From assembly GCF_000008645.1 (NCBI RefSeq), contig NC_000916.1, positions 1,170,001 to 1,202,000 on the forward strand: 32,000 bases of DNA, written 5' to 3'. The notes beneath the pieces are model-generated. The model saw only the letters and a program-made list of their open reading frames with translations. It did no database searches and had not been told where the DNA came from. The position numbers were made by a program, and so were the translations under genes. This DNA comes from Methanothermobacter thermautotrophicus str. Delta H (lineage in GTDB: Archaea; Methanobacteriota; Methanobacteria; Methanobacteriales; Methanothermobacteraceae). Positions 1 to 14,986 of this stretch are shown in pieces (the stretch's first letter is position 1; each line of letters begins with the position of its first letter).

Positions 1-70
1 GTATAATAGCTATAAGGTTATAGGTAACCTCCGGTAACTTTAATTTCTGTAAAAAATCAAAGGTGAACTG

Positions 71-595
71 ATGTGCGAAGATAAAAAAACTGATTCTAGG
101 TCCCAACAGGAATGCCAGAAGGAACTTGAGGAACTCAGGGAGCGTCTTAAAGATTTAGAGAACGAAATCAAAAAGAAGGAAGAGGAAGTCAGGGAGTACA
201 CCTCCCACCTCCAGAGACTCCAGGCAGATTTCGATAACTACAAGAAACAGATGGAGAAACAGGAACTCGAAATCATAAAAAACGCCAACGAAAGGCTCAT
301 ACTCAAGCTCCTGGATGTCTATGAGGACCTCGAAAGGGCCATTGAAAATCAGGACAGCAGCATGGATGGTCTTGAGGTCATCTACCGGAAGTTCAGAGAC
401 ACCCTCACAAAGGAGGGTCTCAGTGAGATACCTGCAGAGGGGGAGAAATTCGACCCCTTCCTCCACGAGGCCGTTATGGTTGAGGACCATGACGGATATG
501 AGGATGGTATCATCATCGAGGAGTTATCACGTGGTTACAGACTGAACGACCGCATAATAAAGCACTCAATTGTTAAGGTATGTAAGAAAAGCTGA
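71..595 (+). CDS. grpE: Nucleotide exchange factor GrpE
   Basis: 174-aa ORF with N-terminal coiled coil and GrpE C-terminal signature ([17 protein letters not shown]...[25 protein letters not shown]); adjacent to dnaK/dnaJ. Confidence 0.96.
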   Translation: MCEDKKTDSRSQQECQKELEELRERLKDLENEIKKKEEEVREYTSHLQRLQADFDNYKKQMEKQELEIIKNANERLILKLLDVYEDLERAIENQDSSMDGLEVIYRKFRDTLTKEGLSEIPAEGEKFDPFLHEAVMVEDHDGYEDGIIIEELSRGYRLNDRIIKHSIVKVCKKS

Positions 596-609
596 TTTGA
601 GGTGATCAC

Positions 610-2400
<1,791 letters not shown>

Positions 2401-2550
2401 CACAGCCTCTGAGGGTGAAGACAGGGGCGGCGATGATACCATAGATGCAGACTTTGAGGTCAAGAACTAGCCCCCAACCCACATTTTTTTATTCTTGATG
2501 AACAATTAATTCCTAGTAGACTGTTTCTAGAGTATACCAGGTGAAAATCG

Positions 2551-3681
2551 ATGGCTAAACGTGACTACTATGAGATCCTCGGTGTAGATAGGGGTGCGGA
2601 TAAGAAGGAGATAAAGAAGGCCTACAGGAGGCTCGCCAGAAAGTATCACCCTGACGTCAGTGATGACCCTGATGCAGCTGAAAAGTTCAAGGAAATAAGC
2701 GAAGCCTACGCAGTCCTCTCTGATGATGAGAAGAGGGCGAGGTACGACCGCTTCGGCCATGCTGGTATGGATGGCTTCAGTCAGGAGGATATATTCAACA
2801 ACATAAACTTTGAGGACATCTTCAGCGGCCTGGGATTTGACATTGGAAACATATTTGACATGTTCGGATTTGGTGGGGGAAGAAGGCACGGGCCACAGAG
2901 GGGCGCTGATATAAGCTACACCCTGGATATAAGCCTTGAAGATGCCTACAATGGTCTTGAAACCGATATAAGGGTTCCACATACAAAGAAGTGTCCGGTG
3001 TGCCATGGCAGCAGGGCTGAGCCAGGCACCGGTACAAGGACCTGCCAGACCTGCGGTGGCAGCGGACAGGTGCGGCAGGTGAGGAACACCATCCTGGGGC
3101 AGATGATGAACATAACAACGTGCCCCGACTGTCAGGGCGAGGGTACAGTAGTCGAGAAACCCTGCAGTAACTGTAACGGTAAAGGCGTTGTCAGGAAGAC
3201 CAGCACCATCCATGTGAAGGTCCCTGCAGGTGTTGAGACAGGATCCCGGCTCAGGGTCCCCGGTGAGGGGGAGATGGGTCTTCGTGGTGGAGAACCAGGG
3301 GATCTCTACGTGGTTATCAAGGTCAAGCCCCACAGCATTTTCAGGAGGGAGGGCGCCAACCTGTACACCGAGAAGCCCATAAGCTTCGTCCAGGCAGCCC
3401 TGGGTGACACCGTCGAGGTTCCGACCCTTGACAGGCCAGTGAAACTGAGGATACCCGCAGGGACCCAGAGCGGTACAACCTTCCGTGTTAAGGGTCACGG
3501 GATGCCCCATCTCAAGTGGAACGGCTACGGGAACCTCTACGTAAAGGTCAAGGTTGTGACACCAAGAAAGCTGAGCCCCAGGCAGAAGGAACTCCTCAGG
3601 GAATTTGCAAGTATCAGTGGGGATGAGATCCACGAGGATAAGGGCTTCTTCGATAAGGTGAAGGATGCCATAATCCACTGA
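2551..3681 (+). CDS. dnaJ: Chaperone DnaJ (Hsp40)
   Basis: J domain with HPD (YHPDVSDDP), G/F region, four CXXCXGXG-type zinc motifs, C-terminal domain. Confidence 0.97.
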   Translation: MAKRDYYEILGVDRGADKKEIKKAYRRLARKYHPDVSDDPDAAEKFKEISEAYAVLSDDEKRARYDRFGHAGMDGFSQEDIFNNINFEDIFSGLGFDIGNIFDMFGFGGGRRHGPQRGADISYTLDISLEDAYNGLETDIRVPHTKKCPVCHGSRAEPGTGTRTCQTCGGSGQVRQVRNTILGQMMNITTCPDCQGEGTVVEKPCSNCNGKGVVRKTSTIHVKVPAGVETGSRLRVPGEGEMGLRGGEPGDLYVVIKVKPHSIFRREGANLYTEKPISFVQAALGDTVEVPTLDRPVKLRIPAGTQSGTTFRVKGHGMPHLKWNGYGNLYVKVKVVTPRKLSPRQKELLREFASISGDEIHEDKGFFDKVKDAIIH

Positions 3682-3861
3682 ATCTCCTATTTTTTAGAAT
3701 TCATGACCTCTGACAAAATCAGTTAGTTCTGAAGAGAGAACAACAGCTCCATCGCGCCTGCGAAGAAATCATTTAGTTCTGGAGAGCGATGCAGGGATAC
3801 TGATTTCCGTACCCCTCAGGGGCTCTTATTGGATCACAGTAATTGAATATAATGATTGAAA

Positions 3862-4168
<307 letters not shown>

Positions 4169-4195
4169 TAAATAATCATGAAAATTAGAACTGAT

Positions 4196-4269
<74 letters not shown>

Positions 4270-4308
4270 AAACATTAGATTTGTTATTTCAGTATATAAA
4301 TGTTGTGG

Positions 4309-4776
4309 TCAGTCCTTTTCCTCCTTTTCCTCAAGCCTTCTGAGCCTCCTGTCAAGGGACTCGAGTTTCTTATTAGTGTGACCCCTGTACTCGTTGAATC
4401 TCTGCTCCAGTTCATCTATGTTCCTTGATACAAGTTCAAGTCTTTTCTCAAGTTTAGATATGTCATCCATGGTTGCAAGTGACCAGTCCTCTATGAGTTC
4501 ATCGCTCTTCTCATTGAGGAAGGCGTCTATCTTGTTTGAGATGACATCCGTGCTTATGGGTACCTCCCTCACCTTGCCCATTATCCTGTCACTCACATCT
4601 GACATCTTTTCTCCAACACCTGCCATGTAACCTTCCCTCCCTTCGGCTGTGCCTTCACCAGCTCCATATATCCTTGTTACGGGTGCTATGTTTCCTGATT
4701 CCATCAGGTAGTAGTATATGAGGACTACTATCGCCCCTGCAAGTATCAGAATTGCAAGAAGCTCCACCGGTCCCAC
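4309..4776 (-). CDS. Membrane-anchored coiled-coil protein of unknown function
   Basis: 155-aa ORF with N-terminal TM (LLAILILAGAIVVLIYYYLM) and C-terminal coiled coil (LEKRLELVSRNIDELEQRFNEY...LDRRLRRLEEKEEKD). Confidence 0.75.
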   Translation of the reverse strand: MGPVELLAILILAGAIVVLIYYYLMESGNIAPVTRIYGAGEGTAEGREGYMAGVGEKMSDVSDRIMGKVREVPISTDVISNKIDAFLNEKSDELIEDWSLATMDDISKLEKRLELVSRNIDELEQRFNEYRGHTNKKLESLDRRLRRLEEKEEKD

Positions 4777-4791
4777 TTTAAAACCTCCCCA

Positions 4792-5205
4792 TTACTTTTT
4801 CAGCCTGGAATTCATCTCCGCTTCCTTCTTCTCAAGTTCCTTAAGCATCTTTTCGAGTTTCTTGAACTCTGTCCTGGCCTCAAGAAGGGCCAGTCTCTCA
4901 CTTATTTCACTCTGGAGATAACCCACCTCATGCATTATCTCGGATGTTTTCTTCCTTATGGATGCCAGTTTATCCTGCTTATCCTTGGGAAGGGGTATCG
5001 TTGTCTCCATCAGACGCTTTGCATGAAGGTCATTTTCAACAAGGGTTATCTTCTTGAGTTCAATCTGTTTTTCAAGAAGCATGATGTCGTTCTGGGATTC
5101 CCTCACCCTCCTCCACTGTACAGCCACGATGATCACAGTTATAAAACCTAGGATAGATATTATAAGCCACAAAACATTCTGAGGTACCGTTGCCGTGGTC
5201 GCCAT
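4792..5205 (-). CDS. Membrane-anchored coiled-coil protein of unknown function
   Basis: 137-aa ORF, N-terminal TM (VLWLIISILGFITVIIVAVQW) followed by heptad-rich helices; directly upstream of the 4309..4776 gene on the same strand. Confidence 0.72.
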   Translation of the reverse strand: MATTATVPQNVLWLIISILGFITVIIVAVQWRRVRESQNDIMLLEKQIELKKITLVENDLHAKRLMETTIPLPKDKQDKLASIRKKTSEIMHEVGYLQSEISERLALLEARTEFKKLEKMLKELEKKEAEMNSRLKK

Positions 5206-5278
5206 ATACTGCCCCCTTGCATAGTATTATCTACTGTATATATAACTCCTTATTTAAATAAATAGCAGAACAGGATCA

Positions 5279-6178
5279 GTGATAAAGATGATCGAATCAT
5301 ACTTGAAGGCGGGTAAAATTGTATCAAAGGTCAGAAGGGAAGCCGCGGGGATAATAAGGGATGGCTTGCCCATAATAGAACTCGTAAATTACGTGGAGGA
5401 TCGTATAATTGAGGAGGGTGGTAGGCCAGCTTTTCCATGTAACGTATCTGTGAATGAGGTAACGGCCCACTACACCTCCCCGCCAGGCGATGATAGTGTA
5501 ATAGGTGATGGTGACCTTGTTAAGCTGGACCTGGGCGCCCATGTGGATGGATTCATAGCCGACACCGCCATCACGGTGCCTGTGGGGGATGTTGATGATA
5601 AATGCCACCAGATGATGGACGCTGCAAGGGAGGCCCTTGAGAATGCCATTTCAACCATAAGGGCAGGTGTTGAGGTTGGAGAAATTGGACGGGTAATCGA
5701 GGAAACCATTCACTCCCATGGCATGAACCCTGTTTCCAATCTGACCGGGCACAGCATGGAGCGCTGGATACTGCACTCAGGACTATCAATACCCAATATA
5801 AATGAAAGGAACACTCATCAGCTGGAGGAGGGGGACGTCCTGGCGATTGAACCCTTTGCCACGGATGGTGTGGGCCTTGTGACTGATATGCCTCAGACCT
5901 ACATATTCCGGTTCCTCAGGGAGAGGCCCCTCCGGCTTGTACATGCCAGGAGGGTCCTGGGTAAGATACGGGAGGAGTATCACGCCCTCCCCTTTGCACA
6001 GCGGTGGCTTGAAGAGTACTTCGATGCAAAGAGACTGAATGCCTCCATGAGAATGCTGATACAGTCAAGGGCCATATACCCCTACCATGTGCTGAGGGAA
6101 AAGAGCGGTGCAATGGTCGCCCAGTGGGAACATACAGTCATTGTTGAGGAGGACGGCTGCACGGTTATAACAGAATAG
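5279..6178 (+). CDS. map: Methionine aminopeptidase type II
   Basis: [51 protein letters not shown] motifs. An internal ATG at 5288 is a plausible start. Confidence 0.95.
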   Translation: MIKMIESYLKAGKIVSKVRREAAGIIRDGLPIIELVNYVEDRIIEEGGRPAFPCNVSVNEVTAHYTSPPGDDSVIGDGDLVKLDLGAHVDGFIADTAITVPVGDVDDKCHQMMDAAREALENAISTIRAGVEVGEIGRVIEETIHSHGMNPVSNLTGHSMERWILHSGLSIPNINERNTHQLEEGDVLAIEPFATDGVGLVTDMPQTYIFRFLRERPLRLVHARRVLGKIREEYHALPFAQRWLEEYFDAKRLNASMRMLIQSRAIYPYHVLREKSGAMVAQWEHTVIVEEDGCTVITE

Positions 6179-6241
6179 TTAACTTGAGGATGCAGTTGAA
6201 TGGACTGAATGTTCTGAAAAATAGAAAATTTAGGGATGGGA

Positions 6242-7087
6242 TCAGTATGGTGTTGGTAATCCCATCTCTTTCCTTGCAGCGATGTTCTTCTCTGCCTTTT
6301 CCTTCTTCTGTGCAGAGAGTTTTTCAAGAAGTCCCAGGCCAGGTTTGACTTCCTCTATTGGTTTGGTCTCGAATATACCTGCCTCAACAGCCTGCTTGAG
6401 TATTGAGTCCCCTGAATCGGTCCTTGTTATGACTGTTGACCAGCCATCCGGTGATCCCACTGAACCTGTTGATACGTCTGCCAGCTCAGCCACATAGTCC
6501 TTGCAGATCTTGCATCCTGCCTGTTCGTATCCATGGGTCTCCTTGAGGGGGAGTGTGTAGACATCGTCCTGGGTGTAGACCCAGAATTTTCCTTTACCTA
6601 TGTCCATCTTCTCAACGAGCTCCATGTTTAATCCGAGTTTTTCACAGATGAAGGTCTGCAGTGATGTGTATGGGAAGTTCTCCATGCAGTAGATACCGAC
6701 CAGGAGTTTTATCTTATCTGCAACAAACCTGACACCGAATGGGTAGGTCTGGGCCTTCCTTATACCCATGGTCTGGCAGGGTATTGCAACTGTACCCAGT
6801 TTCTCTATACCGTACTGCCTCACTGCCTTCTTGAGCATCAGGACGTTTGGTGAGAATGTGTACTTGGTACCTGCAGCCGCCTTGAGTTCATCTGAGGTCA
6901 TGGCGACCATTGGTTCTGGCTTCCAGAACTCCTTTCCGGGTCCTGCAACAACTGCGCCTTCGATTATGCCCTCGTCAAGGGCATATGCTAGAAGACCTGT
7001 AACTATTCCTCCATCCTGGGCTAATTTCTGAATCTCTCTGTCAGTTGATCTGGCGGAAACTATTTCCTTGTAAGTACCTAAAACCAT
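6242..7087 (-). CDS. frhB: Coenzyme F420-reducing hydrogenase subunit beta
   Basis: [32 protein letters not shown]..., Cys-rich [36 protein letters not shown]; last gene of frhADGB operon. Confidence 0.95.
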   Translation of the reverse strand: MVLGTYKEIVSARSTDREIQKLAQDGGIVTGLLAYALDEGIIEGAVVAGPGKEFWKPEPMVAMTSDELKAAAGTKYTFSPNVLMLKKAVRQYGIEKLGTVAIPCQTMGIRKAQTYPFGVRFVADKIKLLVGIYCMENFPYTSLQTFICEKLGLNMELVEKMDIGKGKFWVYTQDDVYTLPLKETHGYEQAGCKICKDYVAELADVSTGSVGSPDGWSTVITRTDSGDSILKQAVEAGIFETKPIEEVKPGLGLLEKLSAQKKEKAEKNIAARKEMGLPTPY

Positions 7088-7099
7088 TTTTCCAGCCTC

Positions 7100-7923
<824 letters not shown>

Positions 7924-7927
<4 letters not shown>

Positions 7928-8400
7928 TTAGAAACCCCAATCTCATCTAAGATCATCTGAATGGCTCTGGGAATAGCCTTTTTTACTGGGGGTGTGAGGC
8001 CCATTTCCACATTGGGAGCTGATATCTCCTTGGGTTTACACCCTATTACCACAACATCGATCTTTTCACTGAGTTCATGGAGGGGCTGGCTCACTGGCCA
8101 TGTATGCATATTTTCATAGGATCCCTTTGGAATCTCAGTGACATCGAATTTCCTGAGTGTTCCGGGTTCTGCGTTGAATTCAACAACATCCACAACTATC
8201 ATCTTCTTCCACTCCTCATGGGGGAGGGAGAAGACAAAGTGCGGACCGCCAGTCCCAGCATCAATGAACATAACATTATCTGGTTTTTCCCTATCCTTGA
8301 AGTACTCTTCAAGGGCCTTGATAACCTCTGGGCCGAATCCATCGTCCTTGAAAAGGATGTTTCCACAGCCCACCACTAGAATCTCAGCGTCGTATGGCAT
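7924..8400 (-). CDS. frhD: Coenzyme F420-reducing hydrogenase maturation protease
   Basis: [22 protein letters not shown] ... DAGTGG; HyaD/HycI-type hydrogenase endopeptidase located between frhA and frhG. Confidence 0.93.
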
Positions 8401-8408
8401 GTTATTCC

Positions 8409-9635
8409 CTAGAGTCTGACCATTTCATCCCTGATTACTGATCTGTCCTCATCATCAACAACCATCACGTGTGTTGCGCATGAGAGACAGGGGTCGTAAG
8501 CGCGTATGACGTGTGGCCCGTATTCATGGTGGAATCCTTCAGTTGCAGGACCCATTGTTGGGATGTTCCAGGTTGTTGGGACGAGTGCACTGTAGAACTG
8601 TATCTTACCATTTTCAACCTGGGCCATGTGAACGTCCAGTCCCCTTGGACCTTCAATTGCACCTACACCCAGTTTACCTGTGCCTCTCTCATCGAAGTCT
8701 GCCCTTACCGGTGCGGATGTGTCCAGTTCATCAAGGATTTCAATTGCCCTTGCGAGTGCCGTTTTCATCTCAAGTGCCCTTGCAACGTGCTGTGCAACAA
8801 CACCCCTCTCCTTGAATCCCTGGAATTCAACCATCCTTGCTCTTGGACCGACCTCCACGTTTCTTCCATCGTAGAGTGGTATTGTTGAGCAGGCCCTCTT
8901 GGCTATTTCAGGGTCATCGTACCAGCTCTCAGGCATTACCTCGGTGAACCTGTCCAGATCGAATTTTGTCCTGTCACCGTAGATCTGGTGGCTTGCAAGT
9001 GTTGGCTGGTTGTGGACTCCAAGGCCCTTTGGAAGGCCCTTATCCTCGATTAATCCTATCATGAGTTCAACGTGTTCGTCGACTTTTGGTTTGAGCTGCT
9101 TTAACCTCGCATACAGCCTTTTCCTTGCGAGTTCCGTTATGTTGTCGGCCATTCCACCTATCCTGACATCGGATGGGTGTATACCCTCACCTGCAACCAT
9201 GTCAACTACGTACTGTGCGTTTTTCCTTATCTCGGAGACTGAGTTTATGGCGTCTGCCATGAGGTTTTCAGGCACGAAGTCCGGTGCTATGAGGAAGTGA
9301 TGTATTGCGTGGCTGTTTACGTGGTGTGCTGCAAGTGTAAGTTCACGGAGAAGTCTTCCGGCCTTTGGAACCTCAATGTCAAGGGAGTCGTCTATTGCCT
9401 CAACGGAAGCCAGGGTGTGTGGTATAGGGCATACTCCACATATCCTCTGGACGATGACAGGTGCTGTTTCAGGTGCTTTACCTGTCACTATTTTCTCAAG
9501 GCCCCTGACAGGAGTAATACTGAAGTATCGCCCCTTTGTCACGATTCCCTCATCATCGACTTCCATGACAAGTTCTGCATGTCCTTCTTGTCGTGATGTC
9601 GGCGATATAACAATCCTTTCGCTCAAATGTATCAC
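8409..9635 (-). CDS. frhA: Coenzyme F420-reducing hydrogenase subunit alpha (large NiFe subunit)
   Basis: [15 protein letters not shown]-terminal and [10 protein letters not shown]-terminal NiFe-binding motifs followed by a cleavable [19 protein letters not shown] tail. Confidence 0.96.
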   Translation of the reverse strand: MIHLSERIVISPTSRQEGHAELVMEVDDEGIVTKGRYFSITPVRGLEKIVTGKAPETAPVIVQRICGVCPIPHTLASVEAIDDSLDIEVPKAGRLLRELTLAAHHVNSHAIHHFLIAPDFVPENLMADAINSVSEIRKNAQYVVDMVAGEGIHPSDVRIGGMADNITELARKRLYARLKQLKPKVDEHVELMIGLIEDKGLPKGLGVHNQPTLASHQIYGDRTKFDLDRFTEVMPESWYDDPEIAKRACSTIPLYDGRNVEVGPRARMVEFQGFKERGVVAQHVARALEMKTALARAIEILDELDTSAPVRADFDERGTGKLGVGAIEGPRGLDVHMAQVENGKIQFYSALVPTTWNIPTMGPATEGFHHEYGPHVIRAYDPCLSCATHVMVVDDEDRSVIRDEMVRL

Positions 9636-9689
9636 CTCTTGTTTTTAAAGTTCAAAAAACCTTCAATATTATAACTATTTTTAAATGTT

Positions 9690-9740
9690 ATAAGTTTTTC
9701 AATTATAAAAAAAGTGAAAACTATTTATATCATTTTATAG
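9690..9740 (-). promoter_or_regulatory. Candidate archaeal promoter (TATA box) for frhADGB
   Basis: Very AT-rich intergenic; minus strand reads AAAATGATATAAATAG around 9721-9736, ~90 nt upstream of the frhA start; RBS-like AAGAGGTGAT adjacent to the start. Confidence 0.5.
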
Positions 9741-9856
9741 ATCACTTATTATTAGTAGAAAACAGAGTTTATAATATTAATTTTTTGTTCAGTAATACTG
9801 AGTGTTATATATCTTGACCCACATACTAAATGTGTTGTTAACACCAGGAAGGTGAG

Positions 9857-10300
9857 TTGATGATAAACTCAAAGGTTCTAGCATCGGTGGCGATAGTCCT
9901 GATAATTGGAGCTGTTGCTGCAGGTTATCAGGTGAGTCAGAATTCCGAGACACTGTGGAAATTCACAAGTCCCCAGAGCAGTCATGATCAGGGCCAGCAG
10001 CAGGGGGAGTCAAGCGTCCACAGTGAATCGCCCTCAACCACATCATCACAGGGTGGCAGTGGTTCAACCTCAGGTGGGGGTTCAGGCGTGAATGTGAAGA
10101 TATCCTATTCAGAGGCAAAGAGTATTGCCCAGACATATATAAAGCAGGAGGGTGCCGCTGCAGGGACACCAAGGCTCCTTAAAATGGACGGTAAACTGGT
10201 CTATGTTGTTCCCATCGAAATGGGTGGGAAAACCGTTGGAGAGATCTACATTGACCCCATGACCGGTAAAAACCTTGGAGGGGCTGGTGGTGCGCCATGA
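9857..10300 (+). CDS. Membrane-anchored PepSY domain protein
   Basis: Signal anchor ([17 protein letters not shown]), Gly/Ser/Gln low-complexity linker, then PepSY-like [19 protein letters not shown]...[26 protein letters not shown]. Confidence 0.75.
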   Translation: MMINSKVLASVAIVLIIGAVAAGYQVSQNSETLWKFTSPQSSHDQGQQQGESSVHSESPSTTSSQGGSGSTSGGGSGVNVKISYSEAKSIAQTYIKQEGAAAGTPRLLKMDGKLVYVVPIEMGGKTVGEIYIDPMTGKNLGGAGGAP

Positions 10301-11010
10301 TGATTAAGACAGAAACAGAGTGCTGCACAATATATTCAGAGGATGTTGAGGACGCTGTAGTCCTTGAGGGTTCTCCTGGAGTTGGCCTCATAGGCAACAT
10401 ACTGGGGTGGCTTCTGGTTGAGGACCTCAAGATGAGAGAGATAGGCTACATTGACTCAAAGTACTTCCCTCCCCTGGCTGTCCTCTATAAGGGCGTTGCA
10501 ATACACCCCTTCAGGATATATGAGGGTGATGGGATAGTCCTCTTCCTCTCGGACTTCATCCTCCCCCCTGCAGTTGTCTATGATATGACAAATGCGATCG
10601 TGGAATGGATGGTCCGCAATAAGAGCAGGGAGCTGATAACCTTTAACAGCATGGTTGTCCGTGAAAAGTCACAGCCAGTGGCGGGTGCGGGTAACAGCCA
10701 GGAGGTCATCCAGAGACTTGCAGACCTTGGAATACCGATAGTCCCCTTCGGTAACCTCAATGGTATTTCAGGGACCCTCCTTACAAGGTGCGCTGTTAAT
10801 GATATACCAGCATCATGCCTCTTTGCAGAGATCCTCAACCCCTACCCTGACCCTAGGGCAGCTGCAAGTGTCGTTGAGGTCCTGAATGAAATGCTCGGTA
10901 CATCTGTTGACCCTGAGCCCCTCCTGCAGGAGGCGCAGGCCATAGAGTCACGCCTCAAGAAGCTCGCAGAGACGGTGCAGGGAGAGGCCGAGACACCCAT
11001 CTACATGTAA
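10297..11010 (+). CDS. PAC2 family protein (proteasome assembly chaperone-like)
   Basis: [46 protein letters not shown]...; 4-nt overlap with upstream gene. Confidence 0.85.
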   Translation: MMIKTETECCTIYSEDVEDAVVLEGSPGVGLIGNILGWLLVEDLKMREIGYIDSKYFPPLAVLYKGVAIHPFRIYEGDGIVLFLSDFILPPAVVYDMTNAIVEWMVRNKSRELITFNSMVVREKSQPVAGAGNSQEVIQRLADLGIPIVPFGNLNGISGTLLTRCAVNDIPASCLFAEILNPYPDPRAAASVVEVLNEMLGTSVDPEPLLQEAQAIESRLKKLAETVQGEAETPIYM

Positions 11011-11055
11011 AAGTTTATATATTAGAAAATCAAATATTTCTTTACTCTTTTGTTA

Positions 11056-11133
<78 letters not shown>

Positions 11134-11153
11134 AAAAAGGTGCAAAGGAAACG

Positions 11154-11230
<77 letters not shown>

Positions 11231-11361
11231 CAATATTCTAATTCTAAGAAACAATGATAGGAATTCCATTTTTTGAGACCCATGGAATAAAACAGCCCAT
11301 TTTCCAGGTTCATTGAAGAAATAATGATGGATGATAATGGTACCCCAGGTTATTGATTAGA

Positions 11362-12522
11362 TTATCTGAAGTAAGCATCAAGGGTCTCGGCAGGGAACCT
11401 TATCTCACCATACTTCCCACCACCACCGGGTATCACAATCAGTGAGCCATTGCGAAAGGCCTCCACTGCAACAGCAACACCCGTATCCAGAGCTGCAATA
11501 TCCTCAAGGGGGGCATCAAGCAGCACCCGGATCTCTGTTCCAAATTCCCCCACAAGTTTCTCCCAGATTCCCTGTACAAATTTTGTGGTTACTCCCTTAT
11601 CATATTTCATCCCTATGATCTCTGCAAGGGGCATCAGGTGGACGTAGGGGGGCCTGTGTGGTGGGTGGTGAGGTTCATCCCAGGTTGAGAGCTCGTATAT
11701 CCTGTAATCCACACCCTTCTTGATTTTACCGCCACAGGGACACCTCATGTCCATTTCAAGCGCCTCCTCAGGACTGTAAATGCGGTAGCACCGGGTACAT
11801 GCAGTCATGTGGTACTTTCCGAGGCGCGGGTCAAGTCCATAGTTCGCCCTTATCCTGCACTTACCTATGGCCCTCCTGAGGGAGGTGAAGGACACATCCT
11901 CCATCTCAAACTGATTGAACTCCCTCCCCAGCCTGTGGGGCCATGGCGAATGGGCATCGGAGTTGGTCAGGAAGGGTATGTCTGCAAGTTCGGCTATCTT
12001 ATCAGCCATGTCAGTATCTGCAGAGAGGCCCAGTTCAAGAAAGTCTGGTCTTGCCCCGTAACAGTCCATGTAGCTGTCATATGACTTGTACATGCTGGTC
12101 CATGGTGTGAAGGCATGGGATGGTCCTGCCATGCCATCGTATTCATGTACAAGTTCAAGTATCTGGGCCCCGTTCATCCTCACCCTGGGCCTTCCATCTG
12201 TGGTGCTGGCTGAGGGCATCCTCCCGGCTATCTCCTCTGCAGCCTCAAGTGAGGGGAGTATCAGGAGGTGGTGGACCCTCCTTGAGTCCTCAACCTCCGC
12301 CGTTATTACGAAGCTGCACTCATCGCGCCCGTAAATCCCGTCCCCCTCATATTCAGTTGATTCAGCTATGATCTTCCGCCATCCAGGGTGAAGTGCGTCG
12401 CCTGTCCCTACAAGTTGAAGGCCCTTGAGGCGTGCCTGGGGTGCTATGTTGTCAATAACCATGTTACGGGACGTTGCCCTTGAAAAACAGCTATGGATAT
12501 GCAGGTCAGCGTTTATGATCAT
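11362..12522 (-). CDS. Endonuclease Q-like PHP-domain protein
   Basis: [60 protein letters not shown], Cys zinc motif CTRCYRIYS...CPCGG, and [10 protein letters not shown]-terminus, characteristic of the archaeal EndoQ family. Confidence 0.88.
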   Translation of the reverse strand: MIINADLHIHSCFSRATSRNMVIDNIAPQARLKGLQLVGTGDALHPGWRKIIAESTEYEGDGIYGRDECSFVITAEVEDSRRVHHLLILPSLEAAEEIAGRMPSASTTDGRPRVRMNGAQILELVHEYDGMAGPSHAFTPWTSMYKSYDSYMDCYGARPDFLELGLSADTDMADKIAELADIPFLTNSDAHSPWPHRLGREFNQFEMEDVSFTSLRRAIGKCRIRANYGLDPRLGKYHMTACTRCYRIYSPEEALEMDMRCPCGGKIKKGVDYRIYELSTWDEPHHPPHRPPYVHLMPLAEIIGMKYDKGVTTKFVQGIWEKLVGEFGTEIRVLLDAPLEDIAALDTGVAVAVEAFRNGSLIVIPGGGGKYGEIRFPAETLDAYFR

Positions 12523-12552
12523 CTGATCATCCAGAAAAAATAGGTGGTGGGG

Positions 12553-13325
12553 TCAGCCTATGTAACGCAGGTCCTCTTCCCCGGGTTTGAGGTTCATCCT
12601 CTCAATCATTTCCTGCTCCATCTGCTGGGCCTTTGAGATCATCTTCTTTGTCTCCTCTGCACGCTCCTCAAGTTTTTCAAGGTCCACTTCAAGTTTTGTC
12701 ATCTCAAGTAGCACCTCAAGGAGTGCACGGGCGGCTTCGGCGTCTATGAAGTAGCCTGGTGTTTCACCCATGAGGCATACACCATCCATGCCCCTCAGCC
12801 TCCCCATTCCAAGGAGAAGTCCTGATGCGCCTATTATGCCTCCATCAGCGGATCTCATGATGACGCCGTGTTCCTTGAGATCCTCGACGAGTTCCATGCT
12901 GGTTGCTGCCCCATAGACCCTCGCCTTCTCAACGGGCTGCCCCGTTGCGAGGCCTCCAAGGGTGAATATCCTCCTGGCGCCGTATCCCTCAACAAAGTCG
13001 AGTATCATGCCACAGATCTCATACTGTCCCTCAGGTGAGAGTCCCTGGGTGTTGCCCACGAGTATTATGTAATCCCTCTCATCCCCGCCTGCATCCCTGA
13101 GGTAATAGAACTCATTCCTCATGGGTTCAACTATACCATCCTCATCAACCAGTACCTGTGGTGGGAATGATGGGGAGTAGAGTTCAGCAAATTTGACAGC
13201 CTCCAGTTCATCTATTATGTGATCGGCTGCCAGTTTACCACATGTCCTATTCCTGGAAGTGCCTCGATGAATATGGGGCTGGAAAGTTCAATGTCTTCCA
13301 GAACGTTTATGATTGTTTCCCTCAT
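12553..13325 (-). CDS. PAC2 family protein (proteasome assembly chaperone-like), apparently frameshifted near 13239
   Basis: ORF track gives 12553..13122, but open homologous sequence continues upstream ([39 protein letters not shown]) and, after a one-base frame change, [29 protein letters not shown] back to an ATG at 13325 overlapping the nop10 stop (ATGA). Confidence 0.8.
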
Positions 13326-13501
13326 TTTGATTCACCACTACCTCTAGAGTAAAGCTCTCTTTTGAGTTTTCTCCGGTATGCGCCATATTTGTCCTCCGGG
13401 GAAAACTTTGGAGGATAAATAACCCCTGTTCTACCTCCGCAGTGTGGGCAGACCTCTTTCAGGGTGTACTCTCCGCATGAACGGCATCTTTTCATCTTCA
13501 T
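13322..13501 (-). CDS. nop10: Nop10, H/ACA RNP component / archaeal ribosome biogenesis protein
   Basis: 59-aa ORF absent from the supplied track: [59 protein letters not shown]. Its ATG overlaps the aIF2-alpha stop. Confidence 0.93.
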   Translation of the reverse strand: MKMKRCRSCGEYTLKEVCPHCGGRTGVIYPPKFSPEDKYGAYRRKLKRELYSRGSGESK

Positions 13502-14286
13502 GTGAGTTCACGGAGGAATTCTCCCTCTCCACCCTCTTTCTCAACGATCTCTATGCACTTCTGGGCTGCTTCCTTGAGCTGCTTCTCTGCCTTCAGGTAG
13601 TCCGTTGACTTCACGATGAGCCGGTACCTGGGGGCTCCTACCGCCTGGACTGTTATACCCTCATCCTGGGCTGATTTAAGTGCCTTCCTAATTATTTCGA
13701 CGCCGTTGGGTGCGTAGGACTTGATGTCAACGTATCCGGTTATCTGGACCTCGGGGGGTGTTATGTTGCGCTTGGCAACCTCTGTGATGACGGCTGCCCA
13801 GTCCTCAGGGACTCCCTCCTCGATGAGGGACTTTTCCCCCTCCTCTGCAGCGGTTTCAAAGGCGCCGTAGAGGTCTCCGAATATGTCCATCAGTTCGTAT
13901 CCAACCTCTTCATAGGCGGTGTCAAGGTCCTTTCCAAGGTCCCTTGCTGCGAGTTCAAGGAATTTCTCAGCCTTCTGTTCGATCTTCCATGCCTGGATCT
14001 TCTTTGTGCGCTGGTCCTCCCTTATCCTTTTCATTGAAACATCCACGTGTCCCTTACGGGGATTCACACGGAGGACCCTTGCAACGATCTTCTGGTTCTC
14101 CCTTACAAAGTCCCTTATGTTTTTAACCCATCCAGAGGATACCTCTGAGATGTGAATGAAAGCCTCCTTCCCTGGATACTCCTCCAGGGTGGCGAAGGCG
14201 CCGTAGTTGAGGACCTTGTGAACGGTCCCAACCACCAGTTCACCCTCTTCAGGCCATTCATTTTTTCTTCTTACCATGAAAAACAC
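13498..14286 (-). CDS. Translation initiation factor aIF2 subunit alpha
   Basis: S1 domain ([50 protein letters not shown]) plus eIF2-alpha C-terminal domain. Confidence 0.95.
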   Translation of the reverse strand: MFFMVRRKNEWPEEGELVVGTVHKVLNYGAFATLEEYPGKEAFIHISEVSSGWVKNIRDFVRENQKIVARVLRVNPRKGHVDVSMKRIREDQRTKKIQAWKIEQKAEKFLELAARDLGKDLDTAYEEVGYELMDIFGDLYGAFETAAEEGEKSLIEEGVPEDWAAVITEVAKRNITPPEVQITGYVDIKSYAPNGVEIIRKALKSAQDEGITVQAVGAPRYRLIVKSTDYLKAEKQLKEAAQKCIEIVEKEGGEGEFLRELT

Positions 14287-14291
14287 CTAGA

Positions 14292-14483
14292 TTAATCCAG
14301 GACCTCTAGAATCTGGGCTTTGATCTTTGACTTTCCTCCTGTTGGCTCAACAAGTGTTTTACCACAGATTATGCACTGAACATATGATGCTGCCCTGTCA
14401 AAGACAACCTGCTGGTTTCCGCAGTCCAGACATTTAACACGGAGAAAGTTACCCTTGGTATTGTAGAATATCACGCCAATCAC
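14292..14483 (-). CDS. rps27e: Ribosomal protein S27e
   Basis: [42 protein letters not shown] zinc ribbon. Confidence 0.95.
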   Translation of the reverse strand: MIGVIFYNTKGNFLRVKCLDCGNQQVVFDRAASYVQCIICGKTLVEPTGGKSKIKAQILEVLD

Positions 14484-14485
14484 CT

Positions 14486-14764
14486 CTAGGCCACGTATTC
14501 AACCCTTCCAGCCCTGAAGGATTTCTTCTTTATGTGTGACTTTCCACATTCCTTGCATTTGAGCCTGAGGTCAAGTTTCTTAACGGGTTTGTTACCTGAT
14601 GGGAGTGGACGTGGGTAACCCCTGTAACCGGCAGTGACACGTCTGAACTGCCTCTGACCCCACTTAAGTTCACTGGCCTTTCTCCTCTTTGATTCCAGTA
14701 CCTCGTGAACGGTGTGTTTTCTACAGTTTGGACAGTAAGTTCTTCTTTCCTTAGGAATCTTCAT
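14486..14764 (-). CDS. rpl44e: Ribosomal protein L44e
   Basis: [24 protein letters not shown]...[24 protein letters not shown]. Confidence 0.95.
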   Translation of the reverse strand: MKIPKERRTYCPNCRKHTVHEVLESKRRKASELKWGQRQFRRVTAGYRGYPRPLPSGNKPVKKLDLRLKCKECGKSHIKKKSFRAGRVEYVA

Positions 14765-14986
14765 ATCTAATCACCTCGTAAGTGAAAAAGTAAGCCTTTA
14801 AAATAACTGAACTTTTTTATACTGGGTTAGTATATCTCAAATCTCTATTTATACCTTTGTATGTGACACCACCTGGTGGTTCACTGAACCTTAAACTGCT
14901 AATCCGTGTTGATCCATCAGTTTCATTGCAGAGTACCTGATCTTCAGAGAATAGGAGAGCAATCTAACCATTTTAAAGCCTGCTGC

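Noticed and set aside
2527-3678. 383-aa minus-strand ORF opposite dnaJ
   Set aside because: Antisense shadow of a clear DnaJ; no family features.
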